Origin: Glaucostegus cemiculus
Taxonomy: Eukaryota
Reading direction: 5' to 3'
Assembly: GCA_976551045.1 (NCBI GenBank)
Contig: CDPCPM010000005.1
Coordinates: forward strand, 3,720,001-3,784,000
Length of the DNA stretch: 64,000 nucleotides
Below the pieces are notes generated by a model, which ran no database searches, had not been told where the DNA came from, and saw only the letters and a list, made by a program, of their open reading frames with translations. Position 1 is the first letter of the stretch. The number at the start of each line of letters is the position of its first letter. Below are positions 1-12,029 of this stretch, one piece after another. Position numbers and translations under genes: made by a program.

Positions 1-940
1 AAGCTTCCCCATCCTTAGGTCCCCACTTGTTTTTGCAATATTGTATACCCTCTCTTTTGCTTATATGCTGTCTTTGACTTCCCTTGCCAGCCACGGTTGC
101 CTCATCCTCCCTTTAGAATGCTTCCTCTTTGGGATGAAATGATCCTGTGTCTTCTGAATTACTCCTAGGAACTCCTGCCATTGCTGCTCTACCATCATCC
201 CTGCTTGGGTCCCCTTCCAATCAGCTTGGGCCAGCTCCTCTCTCATGCCTCTGTAGTTACCTTTACTCAATTGTAATACTGATAAATCTGATTTTAGCTT
301 CTCCCTCTCAAACTACAGGGTGAATTCTATCATATTATGATCATTAGCTCCCGAGGGTTCCTTTACTTTAATCTCCCTGATCAAATCTGGTTCATTGCAC
401 AATACCAAATCCAGAATTGCCTTTTCCCTAGTGGGTTCGACCAGAAGCTACTCTTAAAAAAAAATCTTGCAGGCATTCTACAAATTCCTTCTCTTGGGAT
501 CCAGTGCCAACCTGATTTTTCCAGTCTACCTGCATGTTGAAGTCCGCCATCACCATGGTAACATTGCATCTCTTACATGCCTTTTCTATCTCCTGTTGTA
601 ATGTGCACCCGACATTATGGCTACTATTTGGTGGTCTGCATATAACTCCCATCAGGTTCTATTTACCCTCGCAGTTTCTTAACTCTACCCACAAGGATTC
701 TACATCTTTTGATCCTATGTTACTTCTTGCTAAGGATTTGATTTCATGTTTTACCAACACAGCCACCCCACCCCCTCTACCCACCTGCCTGTTTTTTTGA
801 TAGGATGTGTATCCTTGCATGTTTAGCTCCCAGCTGTGATCTTCTTTCAGCCACGACTCTGTGATGCCCACAATGTCGTACCTGCCAATTTCTAACTGCG
901 CTATAAGCTCATCTACCTTGTTTCATATACTGTGTGCATT
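1..940 (-). mobile_element. CR1-clade LINE fragment (ORF2 APE endonuclease and linker, frameshifted), runs off the window start
   Basis: Minus-strand peptides GITESWLKEDHSWELN..GRGGGVAVLVK..ESLWVELRN, GVICRPPNS, DFNMQVDW and KGNYRGMREELAQADW are CR1 endonuclease-region motifs. Same subfamily as the copy at about 54430-55380. Confidence 0.9.
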
Positions 941-1039
941 CCAGAGTATCAAGCAAGGAAATTCCAGAGTATCTAACCTTGGCAACTGAAGAGGTTGCAC
1001 CAACAGAGTAATTAAATTCAGGTATGCTCACTCTTATCA

Positions 1040-1375
1040 CAAGGCAGGAAATGGTCAATCAGCCCATTGGGTCTACGCTGGCTTCCAGAGAAGCAATCCT
1101 CTGGTCCAACCCTCCTCATTTCCCTATAGCTTATTCTCTCTCGGACATACCCACCAATTCTTCCTTGATTCTTTTTGCTGCTAACACCAAGTGGTAATTT
1201 ACTGCAACCAGTTGACCTACTGACACATTTTTGGGATGGAAGGAGATATTGGGCCACCTGTAGGAAACCACAGACATTCACAGGGAAAGTATGCAGATTC
1301 CACCTGGAGGGCACCCGAGATCAGAATCAAACAGGTGCCCCTGGAGTGGTTGGCGACTGCATTAAATGCCACAGA
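1040..1375 (-). mobile_element. Degenerate tRNA-derived SINE (V-SINE/HE1-like)
   Basis: Reverse complement resembles the V-domain (..gcatactttccctgtgaatgtctgtggtttcctacaggtgg..) seen in better-preserved copies at 29755 and 51592. Confidence 0.6.
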
Positions 1376-1564
1376 ACAGAGCACAAAGACCTTGTGTAAC
1401 CATGGCCAGTGAGTCCTGTCCACTGTTACATCTCCCCAGCAGGTCACATTCCTTCAGCATTGTCTAGATGCTTCCAGGCATGGAAGAGAATCTTGGAAAA
1501 CAGCTAAAAGCAGCGAAGAAGGAGCAAAGGAACATTGAAAACAAAATCACTTCCCTCAACAAGA

Positions 1565-2985
1565 AAGAAAAAGCTGAGGCCCTGGTAGAGGTACTTGTAT
1601 CATCACTAGCCACAGGCGAAGTACTGGATGACTAGAGAGTGGCTATTGTAACTTTATTGAAGAAGGGCTGCAAGGACAAACCAGGGAACTACAGGCCAAT
1701 AAGTCTCACATCAGTGGTGGGAAAGTTACTGAGGGGATTCTGAGAGACAGGATCTACCTGCATTTGGAAAGGCAAGGACTGATTAGGGATAATCAGCAAT
1801 GGCTTCGTGCATGGGAAATCTTGTCTCACAAATTTGATTGAGTTTTTTTTTTAAAAGAGACCAAGAGGATTGATGAGGGCAGGGCTTAGATATTGTCTGC
1901 ATGGACATTAGTAAGACTCTTGACCAGGTCCCAGATGGTAGACATGTCTGGAAGATTAGATCACATGGAATCCAGAGTGAGCTAGTCAATTGAATAAAAA
2001 TTGGCTTGGCAGTAGGAGTCAGAGGGCAGTGCTGGAGAGTTGGTTTTCCAGAATGGAGACCTGTGACCAATGGTGGGTCATAGGGATTGGTGCTGGGTTC
2101 ATTGCTTGTAATCCATATCAACAAATTGCACGAGAACGTAGTTGGCAATTGGTGGACAAAAGAAGTTATCCAAGATCACTACAGGAACAAAACCAACTGG
2201 GAAAGTGGGCAAAAGCACGGCAGATGGAATTTAACTCATACAGATACAAAGTGTTGCATTTTGGGAAGTTAAATCAGGATGGTGCTTACACAGTAAATGG
2301 CAGGGCCCTGGACAATGTTGGAGAACAGGGAGACTTTGTGGTACAGGTACATAATTCCCTGAAAGTGGCAACAGATAGGGTGGTGAAGAAATCATCTGGC
2401 ATGCTTACCTTCAGTCAGGGCACTGAGTATAAGAGTTGGGATTTCATGCTACAACTGTACAAGTTATTGGTAAGACCATACTTGGACTATTGTATGCAGT
2501 GTGGCCACCCAGCTATAGGAAGGATGTCCTTAAACTGGAAAGAGTGCAGAAAAGATTCACAAGGATACCAGGACTGGAGGGGTCGAGTTATAAGGAGAGG
2601 CTGGATACGCTGGGCTTTTTCTGCCTGGAGTATAGGATGACATTATAGAGGTATGGGCATAGATAAAATGAAAAGTCACACTCTTTTCCCCAGGGGTAGG
2701 GGAGTATAAAACCAGAGGCATAGATTTAAAGTGAAAGGGGAAAGATTCAAAGATGACCTGGAGGTTCAACTTTTCCACATTGGGTAGTGTATGTGGAACA
2801 AGCTGCCTGAGAAAGTGGTAGAGGTGGGTATAGTTACAGTATTTAAAAGGCATTTAAACAGGTATACGGATAGGAAAGATTTGGAGAGGTATGGGTCAAA
2901 TGAGATTAGCTCAGGCAGGCAACTTGGTCAGCATGGATACATAGGGCTGAAGGGCACATTTTCATGCTGTATAACTCTATGACTT
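1565..2985 (+). mobile_element. CR1 LINE fragment (RT domain to 3' UTR), decayed
   Basis: KDKPGNYRPISLTSVVGK, NQQWLRAW (decayed SQHGF), WQMEFN..KVLHFG, LERVQKRFTR and WNKLPEKVVE motifs across frames; ends in a ctgtataactctatgact tail. Confidence 0.9.
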
Positions 2986-3499
2986 AGTCTGACACATCAG
3001 GAAACTTCCAATTTGTTAAGCAACAGAAGAAGGACATGCAAAAAGCAACGTACAAGTATGGGCACACCAGGGAACCAATGAAAGTGGAGGTACAGGATCA
3101 GGCCAGAGGTTGTAGGTCACACATTGACACCTCCAGGTATGTATCCAACCACAACTGGTAACACCATTTCCCGGCGTTGCCACCACCTGGGTAGTGATTT
3201 GCGCAAGATGAAAAGAGGATTCAAAGCGCAGCACAGCCGGAATTATATGGTCGGATTCACTCACCCACTACCAGTGGAAACGTGTAGTGACATGTTCCAC
3301 AACAATGGAGTATTATCACAAATCCTACTTACCATATTATTTTACAATCTCTCATCAATGTGTGTTTAGCTCAAGTGTTGATTCCCTCTGCACAATTACA
3401 GGTGTTAACCCTTTCAAGATCAATCCAAATTCAACAGGTTGCACACAAGCACTTCCATCAAAGCAAAAAAAAACTCAAAGCATGTTCCTGCAGTGATTA

Positions 3500-4190
3500 T
3501 AAAACACTTTTATACAAAGTTCTCAAGGACGTTGGAGCAGATGACTAAAGCTTGGCCTAGAGGTGTAAACCTTACAGGAGGAGAGGAAGGTGGAGGTTCA
3601 GGGAATTCCAGTGGCGAGGCCAAGCAGCGAAAGGCATAAGTGGCAGAGTGACGAAAGTCTGGGAAGCGCGAGAGCCCAGAGTTTGGATGAGCAGAGATCT
3701 TATGCCCTTGGAGATACAGAGAAAAAGGAGAGATCAAGACCAATGAGGGATTTGAATACAAAAAGAACTTCCAGTGAGTACAAAGCGGTGATAGGCAAAG
3801 AGGATCTGGGTGTAAGTTAGGCTACAATCTGCAGACTTTAGGATGGTGGGAGATGCGATGGTGTCCAGGAGAGCATTACTTTAGTGCAAAAAACAGCACT
3901 GGACTAGAAATCCCAGAGCCCATCCATCGACTTTCCCCCTCCATAACTTCACTCATTTCCTTTTTCACTGTTACAGCTGCTGAAAGTTTCACTCACTTTT
4001 TTGTCACCCCTAGATTGACTTTCCATCGAGCCCCTCAACCTCTGCTGTTTCTCCAAACTCTGACCTCCATAATACCAAGTAACTCAGAAAATGTCACATT
4101 CATCTTTCCTTCCCAAATAACATCCCACAGGGATTCTCAACATCTCTCATTGACCTCCTTGACTGCATCATCTCTCCCACTTGCAAAGGC
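3500..4190. mobile_element. Old L2-type LINE fragments in both orientations
   Basis: 3500-3870 resembles other minus-strand L2-like pieces (gaattccag..gagggatttgaatacaa). 3920-4190 reads AESFTHFFVTPRL on plus, a decayed version of the L2 motif AETLIHAFVTSRLD. Confidence 0.5.
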
Positions 4191-4391
4191 CCATTCTGTT
4201 GCAAATGGACGGAGACAGTACAATGATCTGCTAGCTCCCTTAATGGAAGTTTTACTCAAAGAAAAAAAAAGGACTCCTTCACTGGTATGCTTTTGTCTTA
4301 AAGAAAATCAGCAGCCCTCAAAAAAAGTGACCAGTATATAGACAAAGGAAATGTAATTGATGAGCAGAATGGACAAGGATGTTTAAACTAT

Positions 4392-4490
4392 GTGCAACAA
4401 ACAACATTCTGGAGGAACTCAGCAGGTCAAGCAGCACCTCCAGCCTATTGTTTGTTGCTCCAGATTCCAGCATCTGCAGTCTCTCGCGTC
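4392..4490. mobile_element. Penelope-like terminal-repeat remnant (collapsed inverted pair)
   Basis: ctggaggaactcagcaggtcaagcagca followed by ttgctccagattccagcatctgcagtctc, the same terminal motif as at 12357, 13540, 17905 and 59668. Confidence 0.65.
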
Positions 4491-5659
4491 TCCCTGATGG
4501 AACTACATGTAGTTATCTCTGAGAAAATGGTTGCAAAGTTAGTCTCATTGATCTTAGATCCCCTACTGAAACAGCATTCTTGATTCATTGATTATACATT
4601 CATTCTTCTTATACTTACGAGTTGTTTATCAATTACTTTGAACTTCCAAAGGATATTCAAAAACATCAATAACTTGCACACTCTTCTCAGCTAATTTCTT
4701 TCAGTAGATGAAGCACTGAGCTACACATTGATGGAATGCTCTTCCACGTCTTTTAAATGAACACAACTTAAATCGAATGCAAATAAAACAAGCCATGTAT
4801 TTCCTTCTGTTCTCTCTCAGTCTATTTGTTCCTACCTGACTGGGATGGATCAATGACTGGCATCCACCGTTCACATGCAGAGAAACCCATAGTGCCATTA
4901 GTCCATGTCAGAGCACCCTGTGGTGCAGCAGGTAAACACCCCAAGATGCATATTAATGGTGATGTGGCAAAACCATTCCTGGCGGCCAGAATTCTGGCCT
5001 CAGGCAAAATGGCTGACTACAGTCACTGTGGTGAACAGGGCAACTGGTCACAGTCAGCAAAGTGGTTTTCAACCTAGTGCTGTTGCACTCAAAAGGTGGA
5101 AACCACAGAAGAGACTTGTGGGTAACCAGTCTGATGGTCTTTACTCAAAGTCCTCCCTCATTATGACTTAATTTCCATCACTGCCTGTACCTGAATGTAA
5201 GACCTTTTGGTTGGCTGTCTCTCTCAGAGTCATTGTGTGTCGACTTTATTGAGGGTCTACATTCGTGCCTAAAAGCAGGCAGCTGCTGGTAATACATCAG
5301 CATACTCTTTCTTGCAAGCTCCCACTATTTTCTTGCAAAGGAGCTTTGCGACAGCTTGGAGAGGAACTTTACCTCCTCCCACACCACCGCCACCCAAAAC
5401 AGGTGAGATTGCAACTTGCAGTCAGAGACTGCAAACCGGCACGCTGTATTCTCCACTCAGGGCAAGTCTCATCGGCAGTTGTGCGTGGGAACAATAAACG
5501 TTTATACATAAAGGTGCTTCACTGAAGCATTCAGGCAAAAATCCAACACTGAGTGGCACAAGGACAAGTGACCAAAGGCCTACTGAAAGAGGTAGTTTTT
5601 AAGGAGCACATGTTAGGGGTTCAGGTGTTATGAAATCATTAGGGTTTTAAGGAGATTTG

Positions 5660-6007
5660 GTTTGTCACCAAAGGCTCCTGCAAATTTCTACAGATGTACG
5701 GTGCAGAGCATTCTGATTGGTTGCATCACAAGCTGGTATGGAGACTCCAGTGTGCATCAGGGAGGAGATACAGGAGCCTTAAGACCCACATTCAACAATT
5801 CAGGAATATCTTCTTATCCTCCGCTATCAAATTTCTGAACAGTCCTTAAACTCGTGAACCCATAAACACTGGCTTGTTATTCCTCTTCTGCACTGTTTGT
5901 TTTTGTAACTTATATTAATTTTTATGTCTTTATGTCTTGCATTGTGCTGCTGCCAACAAAACAATAAATTTCATGCCAGACGTCAGTGATAATAAACCCG
6001 ATTCTGA
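5660..6007 (+). mobile_element. Rex1/Babar LINE 3' fragment with internal deletion
   Basis: Encodes decayed TVQSILIGCITSWYG and FRNIFLSSAIKFLN; tail gtgataataaacccgattctga is typical of this clade. Confidence 0.75.
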
Positions 6008-6814
6008 ATAAAGCAGACATTAATTCAAACAAGAACCAGTCTTCAGTTCTTAATGTAAATTGCAAGCAGTAATGAGTTTGAAGTTAAAATGTAATCAAAC
6101 AGCACTGTCTGCAGAGCACAGGCTGCTGGCCCACAGAAGGAGGGGGGCTGGCTGCTCAAGAGATATGATTTGCAAAGTGAAGAGACCATGAGACTTTCTC
6201 ATCTGCATCAGCCAAATGTAAAACAAAGGGTTTACATTAATTGGCTGACATCAAACCAGGCAACATGAGCTAATTGCACCATTGTGACTGAGCTCAAGGA
6301 AGCTTGCAGACCAGACTGATGTTGTCACACAGCACATCAAACATTGTCACAGGTATATCTGATCAATCAATAGTTGGGATATTTGAGTACTCGGATGCCT
6401 GGGAACCCTATCCTCAGAATTTTTTTTAGACCATGCGTGTGAATTCCTTTGTCCCAAAGGTGTTTGAACATTCAGAGGTTTCGCCCATTTTACATATGTA
6501 ATTCAGTGGAAGCATTGTTTACTTCAATATTTTGAGTCTGACAATGTCATTGTAACTATTGAAATTGAACTGAATCACCTGCTGTTACCTTTGATCTTAT
6601 GGGTTAAAAAATGTGATGTACTTCAAGTTTGGGAGACTCTAAGAGGGTCTCCAGGTGAACGTCTGCTTGTCATGATGAATAGAGACTTCTGTATCACCAG
6701 CTTCAGAGGCTCTCCAGTGACTCAGATCACAGTCACACAAGAACTATATATATTAAAAGAAAGAGGAAATAGAGGCAGAGAAGTTCAGAAAATTCCAGAG
6801 CTAGGGTGAAGGCA

Positions 6815-7250
6815 CAGCCGTCAGTGACACAATTATTCTCAACACTGGTGCCCCACAAGGCTGCATCCTCAGCCCTCTACTCTACTCCCTATACACTCAA
6901 GACTGCGTGGCCAGATTCTGCTCCAACTTCATCTACAAGTTTGCAGATGATACCACCGTTGTGGGCCTATCTCCAACAGCGATGAGTCAGAGTACAGGAA
7001 GGAGATAGAGAACTTAGTGTAATGGTGTCATGACAACAAACTTTCCCTCAATGTCAACAAAACAAAAGAGTTGGTCATTGACTTCAGGAAATGGGGCAGT
7101 GTACGTACACCTGTCTACATCAATGGTGCCGAGGTCGAGAGGGTGGAGAGCTTCAAGTTCCTAGGTGTGAACATCACCAACAGTCTGTCCTGGTCTAACC
7201 ACGTAGATGCCACAGCCAAGAAAGGTCAACAGCGCCTCTACTTCCTCAGT
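6815..7250 (+). mobile_element. Rex1/Babar LINE reverse transcriptase fragment
   Basis: LNTGAPQGCILSPLLYSLYTQDC, KFADDTTVVG, LNVNKTKELVIDFRK, VESFKFLGVNI, KKGQQRLYFL. Confidence 0.85.
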
Positions 7251-7254
7251 GTTA

Positions 7255-9163
7255 ATAGAACCATAGAACCTTACAGCACAAAACTGGCCCTTTGGCCCAC
7301 CAAGTTGTGCCATCCTTCAAACATCTCACAATCTAACTCTTTCCTCCCATATATCCTACTATTCCACATTCTTCCATGTGCCTATCTAACAATCTCTTGA
7401 ACCTGTCCATCGTATCTGCCTCTACTACCACCCCAGGCAGCGCATTCCATGCGCCAACCACTCTCTGGGTGAAAAACTTTCCTCTGACATCTCCCCTAAA
7501 CTTTCCACCCAATATCTTAAAGCCATGCCCTCTCATCTTGTGCATTTGCGCTCTGGGAAAGAGGCGCTGGCTGTCAACTCTATCTATTCCTCTCAATATC
7601 TTATACACCTCTATCAAGTCCCCTCTCATCCTCCTCCTCTCCAATGAGTAGAGCCCTAGCACCTTAAGCCTCTCCTCATATTCCATACCCTCTAATCCAG
7701 GCATCATCCTGGTAAATCGCCTCTGTACCCTCTCCAACGCCTCCACATCCTTCCTATAATGCGGCAACCAGAACTGAACACAATATTCTAAGTGCGGCCT
7801 AACTAGAGTTTTGTAAAGCAGCATCATCACCTCTCTGCTCTTGAACTCAATCCCACGATTTATAAAAGCTAACATCCTATAAGCCTTCTTAACTGCCCTA
7901 TCCACCTGCGAGGCAACTTTGAGTGAACTGTGGATATAAACCCCCAGATCCCTCTGCTCCTCTACACTGCCAAGTACCTTGCCATTTACCTCATACTCTG
8001 CCCTGGAGTTTGTCCTCCCAAAGTGCACCACCTCACACTTCTCTGGATTAAACTCCATCTGCCACCTGCCTGCCCAGCTCTGCATCCTATCAATATCCCT
8101 CTGTAAGCTCCTACAGTCCTCCACACTATCTACCACACCACCGATCTTGGTGTCATCTGCAAACTTACCAACCCATCCTTCCACTAAGTCACCTATAAAT
8201 ATAACAAAGAGTAGAGGCCCCAGAACCGATCCCTGCGGGACACCACTAGTCACAGCCCTCCAGTCCGAGGGCACTCCCTCCACCACAACCTTCTGCTTTC
8301 TACAGGAAAGCCAATTCCTGATCCACACAGCCAACCTCCCCTGGATACTTCGACCTCTGACCTTCTGAAGAAGCCTGCCATGAGGTACCTTATTGAACAC
8401 CTTACTAAAATCCATATAGACTACATCCACCGCACTGCCCTCATCAAGCTTCCTCATCACCTCCTCAAAGAATTCTAACAGGCTCGTGAGGCAAGATCTT
8501 CCCTTCACAAAGCCATGCTGACTGTCCCTAATCAGTCCGTGACTCTCCAGGTGCTCATAGATCCCATCCCTCAGAATCCTTTCTAACAGCTTACCCACCA
8601 CAGACGTGAGACTCACTGGTCTGTAATTTCCTGGACTATCCCTACTACCTTTCTTAAACAAGGGAACGACATCTGCTACCCGCCAATCCTCCGGCACCAT
8701 CCCCGTGGACAACGAGGACTCAAAGATCCTCACCAGCGGATCAACAATCTCCTCCCTCGTCCTTCGAAGCAGCCTGGGGAATATTCCGTCAGGCCCCAGA
8801 GACTTATCAGTCTTGATATTACTTAACAATTTCAACACCTCCTCCCTCTCGATAGCTACATACTCAAGAACATTACCCTTACCAGCACTCTCTGTCTCGT
8901 CATCCAGACCCCTCTCCTTGGTGAATACAGAAAAGTAGTATTCATTCAGTACCTCCCCTATTTCTGCCGCCTCCAGGCACATCCTCCCACCCTTATCCTT
9001 AATCGGACCTACCTTCACCCTAGTCATCCTTCTGCCCTTCACATATGAGAAAAAAGCCTTGGGATTTTCCTTATCCCTACGAGCCAACATCATTTCATGT
9101 CCCCTTCTAGCTCTCCTCAGCTCTTTCTTAAGCTCCTTCCTCACTATACTATATTCCTCACGT
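7255..9163 (-). mobile_element. Young 5'-truncated CR1 LINE with an uninterrupted 603-codon ORF2 C-terminal part (RT domain)
   Basis: ORF 7333..9144 has PGNYRPVSLTSVVGK, SQHGFVKGRSCLT, DVVYMDFSKVF, GVPQGSVLGPLLF and KFADDTK; 3' UTR ends in a (gttctatg)n tail; endonuclease domain absent. Confidence 0.95.
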
Positions 9164-10902
9164 GTTGCTTGTCTATGGAAATCTCTTAAGGTGTGATCTA
9201 TACCTTCCAGTTATGTTCTCTTGTTAGGTGCTGATTTTTTTTTAAGACATGTTCTGATTTTGTATTTCCAATATTTTGTTTTAAATGGTTAGAAAAAGTT
9301 TACTGACAGGCAGATATCAGAGAACTAATACAGGATTGCTAGAATTTATAGTAGTTCATCTATACAATCAGAGCCAAATCCATATTTGTTCTGAGCACAT
9401 GATCTAGATTAGGATATGGGGAGCTCAGATCCTGACATTTACTGACAACATCAACATTTGGGAGTTTGGCAAACAGTACAGAAGGTTCAAATAGTATTTT
9501 TGCATTTTAGAAATAAGTGCAAAGAATAGAGAGGAAATGATTCACTAAGTCATGGCTTTGGTAATGCATGCATGTTTGGCCACTCCATTATAGAAAATAT
9601 ATTCAATCAAGAGCAGACAGGTAGATTCAGGAATTACGAGAGGGTTGAGATACTGTAGCAAAGATTTAATGATGGGTTTTAAACTTACAGTGGTTTAGAT
9701 GGTTAATGTCCTTAATTTCTTACACAGAAAAGACAGCAACTGGGCCGGGAACATCCTCAGAGTTCCTCCAACATCACCACTTTCATAGAAAACCTAGTCA
9801 TCATTTAGAATGGAGGTTTCTACCATGCTTCCTCAAAGATACACCAACACCAAGGAAGTCATTGGTGTGGACGTCTTGGCAGGAATTCATAAATGTTATA
9901 GTGTGAATTCAGAAAAATTCAAAATATTCTGCCAGAAAAATATGTAAGGGGGAGTGAGGGGGGGGAATATAACTCAAAATTAACACTGCAAGCAAATCAT
10001 TTCTAAACTCTATTGTGTTTGTAAAACAAGGTTTACTCTCATGAACACTTATTTTATAACTCTCACTCATTGTTTAAATATCGAAGAGCTTGGTCTCAGA
10101 ACTAACACATATTATTTAAATGCATCTAGGTACTCCATCGAAGAACAGCGAAGATACAGTACTGAAGTAAACAAGACAGCATGATGATAGCCGTAAATTA
10201 GATTTGTTATCTTACAGACGGTTTTACTACTACAGCTGACAATAACATTTAATTCATGAAAAAAACCCAGCCTATTTAATCACTGCTACTGAAACTCTGG
10301 AATTCTCTCCTCAAGCCTCCATAGACCCACCTCCTCCTTCTAGATGCTCCATATAATCTAACTTTTGATCAAGTTTTTAGTCATCTGTCCAAAAAGCTCC
10401 CGGAATGGTAAGGTGTCAAATTTAGCTAGAAAACATTCAAGCAGCTCCTGGAAATGTTTCATTCCAGAAGAGGAGCTATTAATGCACATAGTTAACATTA
10501 GTATGATTCAGACACAATTTTGTTTTCAAATTATTTGCTCAACAAGACGTAAAGGGCAGCTACAAAAGGTCTGATTTTACTGCCATTGACTGCAAATATT
10601 CTGAACTCTAACTGGCATTCAAATTAAATCTCTGGGTAACTTTTCCCTTTGAAGAAAACTACACAAGACAAGGTTATCTCCATAAATGCCTCACAAACTC
10701 ACAGTCCAAACACAAATCACAGTTCAGATCTTTTAAGTACGCTCCATGAGAATGACTAGGGAGGAAGTAAAGTTTACAGCAGCAGTGAACCATAAAGCTT
10801 TTCATACCAACTAGGGATGTGAGACCAAAAAAAATAAAACAATCTAGATGTCCAATAACTCGAGTTAGTGAGGCCATCGTATTAATGCAAAGAAAGTATT
10901 AC

Positions 10903-10926
10903 CTCCTGCTTAGAAATAACGGGCTC
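10903..10926 (-). other. Candidate 24-nt microexon of the downstream gene
   Basis: Minus strand: long pyrimidine tract ..cccttgttttgttttgtcag|GAGCCCGTTATTTCTAAGCAGGAG|gtaatac. No transcript evidence. Confidence 0.4.
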
Positions 10927-11230
10927 CTGACAAAACAAAACAAGGGTGTGACAGATTGAAACAACAAGAAAAAAAAAGCACACCACCAGGATGGCAAAAC
11001 AATCACAACATCCATTTCACTTTGATTTTGTTACAAGTTACATATATGAAATTTAATAGCATCCTGCAAAATTAATTGAATAACACCATCTTTCCTTAGA
11101 AACTCAATTCAAAGTCAAATATACTTCTACCAATGATTCTCCCGGATAGCAAAACAAAACTAAAACAAATACATTGAAATTAACACAATCGTCTTCGACT
11201 GATCTCCCACTGCCACCTGGTCACGGATAC

Positions 11231-11262
11231 AGTGACACACTAACGAGTGACACACTAACGAG
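11231..11262. repeat. Perfect 15-bp tandem duplication (agtgacacactaacg x2)
   Basis: Read directly from the sequence. Confidence 0.9.
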
Positions 11263-11562
11263 CAGTTCATCAAATCTCTTCCCTTAAACCTCGAAACGAA
11301 AACGGTTCTTTTCTCCGAAAATAGGTACAACCCAAGTAAACTGGTTGCTGTGCTGGTGGCAATCAAAACAAAGATATGAACCAACAATTCTATCTCATTA
11401 TGCAATTTATTTCACCCTCATACATGAGATGACAGCGAGGAACAGTATAAATACAGATAGAAGGAGAAAGCTGCATGCATTTTGCAGGCAAGGAGTTGTC
11501 ACCATCCTTTACATTACCAAACGACTTCTGCTGGTCTGTGAAAGATTGTAACCAGTACTCAC

Positions 11563-11820
11563 CCGCGCAGACGGTGGCCAGTCCTGCTGACGGGGTCTGC
11601 TGGTGTGTGGGTCAGTGCCGCTGGTGCTCTGCCGGTCTGGTGCTCAGTACCCCCGGGTTTCCCCGGTGCGTTGCTGCTGCCGCCCGGTGCCGGTGCCGGT
11701 GCCGGTGCCGCTGGTCCTCGGTGCCCGCCTGGGCTCAGGTCCCGAGCCCGCCCCGCTTCCGGGCCAGCGCCGTGCGTTCGAGGAAAACGTAACAAAGAGC
11801 AGTGGGTGGGCTGAGCGCAA
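11563..11820 (-). other. Probable non-coding first exon of the gene downstream of SLC1A4 (CEP68 by synteny inference); 5' boundary uncertain
   Basis: Strong donor GCGG|GTGAGT at 11563/11562 on the minus strand at the CpG-island edge; I find no ATG in the exon. In human and chicken, CEP68 follows SLC1A4 on the same strand. Confidence 0.6.
11684..11710. repeat. (CCGGTG)4.5 hexanucleotide repeat in the putative 5' UTR
   Basis: Read directly from the sequence. Confidence 0.9.
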
Positions 11821-12029
11821 GTTTCAGCCAATTGGAGCGCGGACAGCGGCTCCGTCGTGACGGCCAATCAGAGCACTCGCTCCAACCAGACCCGTTGTGT
11901 CGCAGCGCTTTCAGGGCGAGGGCTCCTTGGCGCATGCTCCGTCCCACTAGAGGGTCGGTGCGTGAGCGCAGAGGAATTTCTGGGCGAGTTGCGCCAGGCG
12001 TAACTGGGGAAAAAATCTGTCCTGGTCAG

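Larger units (their letters stand above)
11560..12010 (-). promoter_or_regulatory. CpG-island TATA-less promoter
   Basis: Abrupt GC- and CpG-rich island in an AT-rich background. GC box plus ETS site (GGCCCGGAAGCGGGGCGGG, minus strand, about 11745-11765); CCAATTGG 11828-11835; GGCCAATCAG 11862-11871; NRF1-like GCGCATGCTC near 11930; CTCF-like CCACTAGAGGGTC 11944-11956. Confidence 0.85.

Noticed and set aside
4619-5520. Possible CEP68 coding exons (minus-strand donors at 4619, 4836 and 5191)
   Set aside because: Frames are closed or short and show no similarity to CEP68 that I can recognise; a non-coding exon at 4619-4749 is possible but its acceptor is weak.
7333-9144. 603-aa ORF as a host or domesticated gene
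   Set aside because: It is a 5'-truncated CR1 ORF2 with the element's own UTR and tail and a near-identical sibling in the window.
11559-11867. 102-aa Pro/Ala/Gly-rich ORF in the CpG island, and overlapping ORFs
   Set aside because: Starts at a TTG inside the CCAAT box, not an ATG; ends in the splice donor; long open frames are expected in GC-rich DNA.
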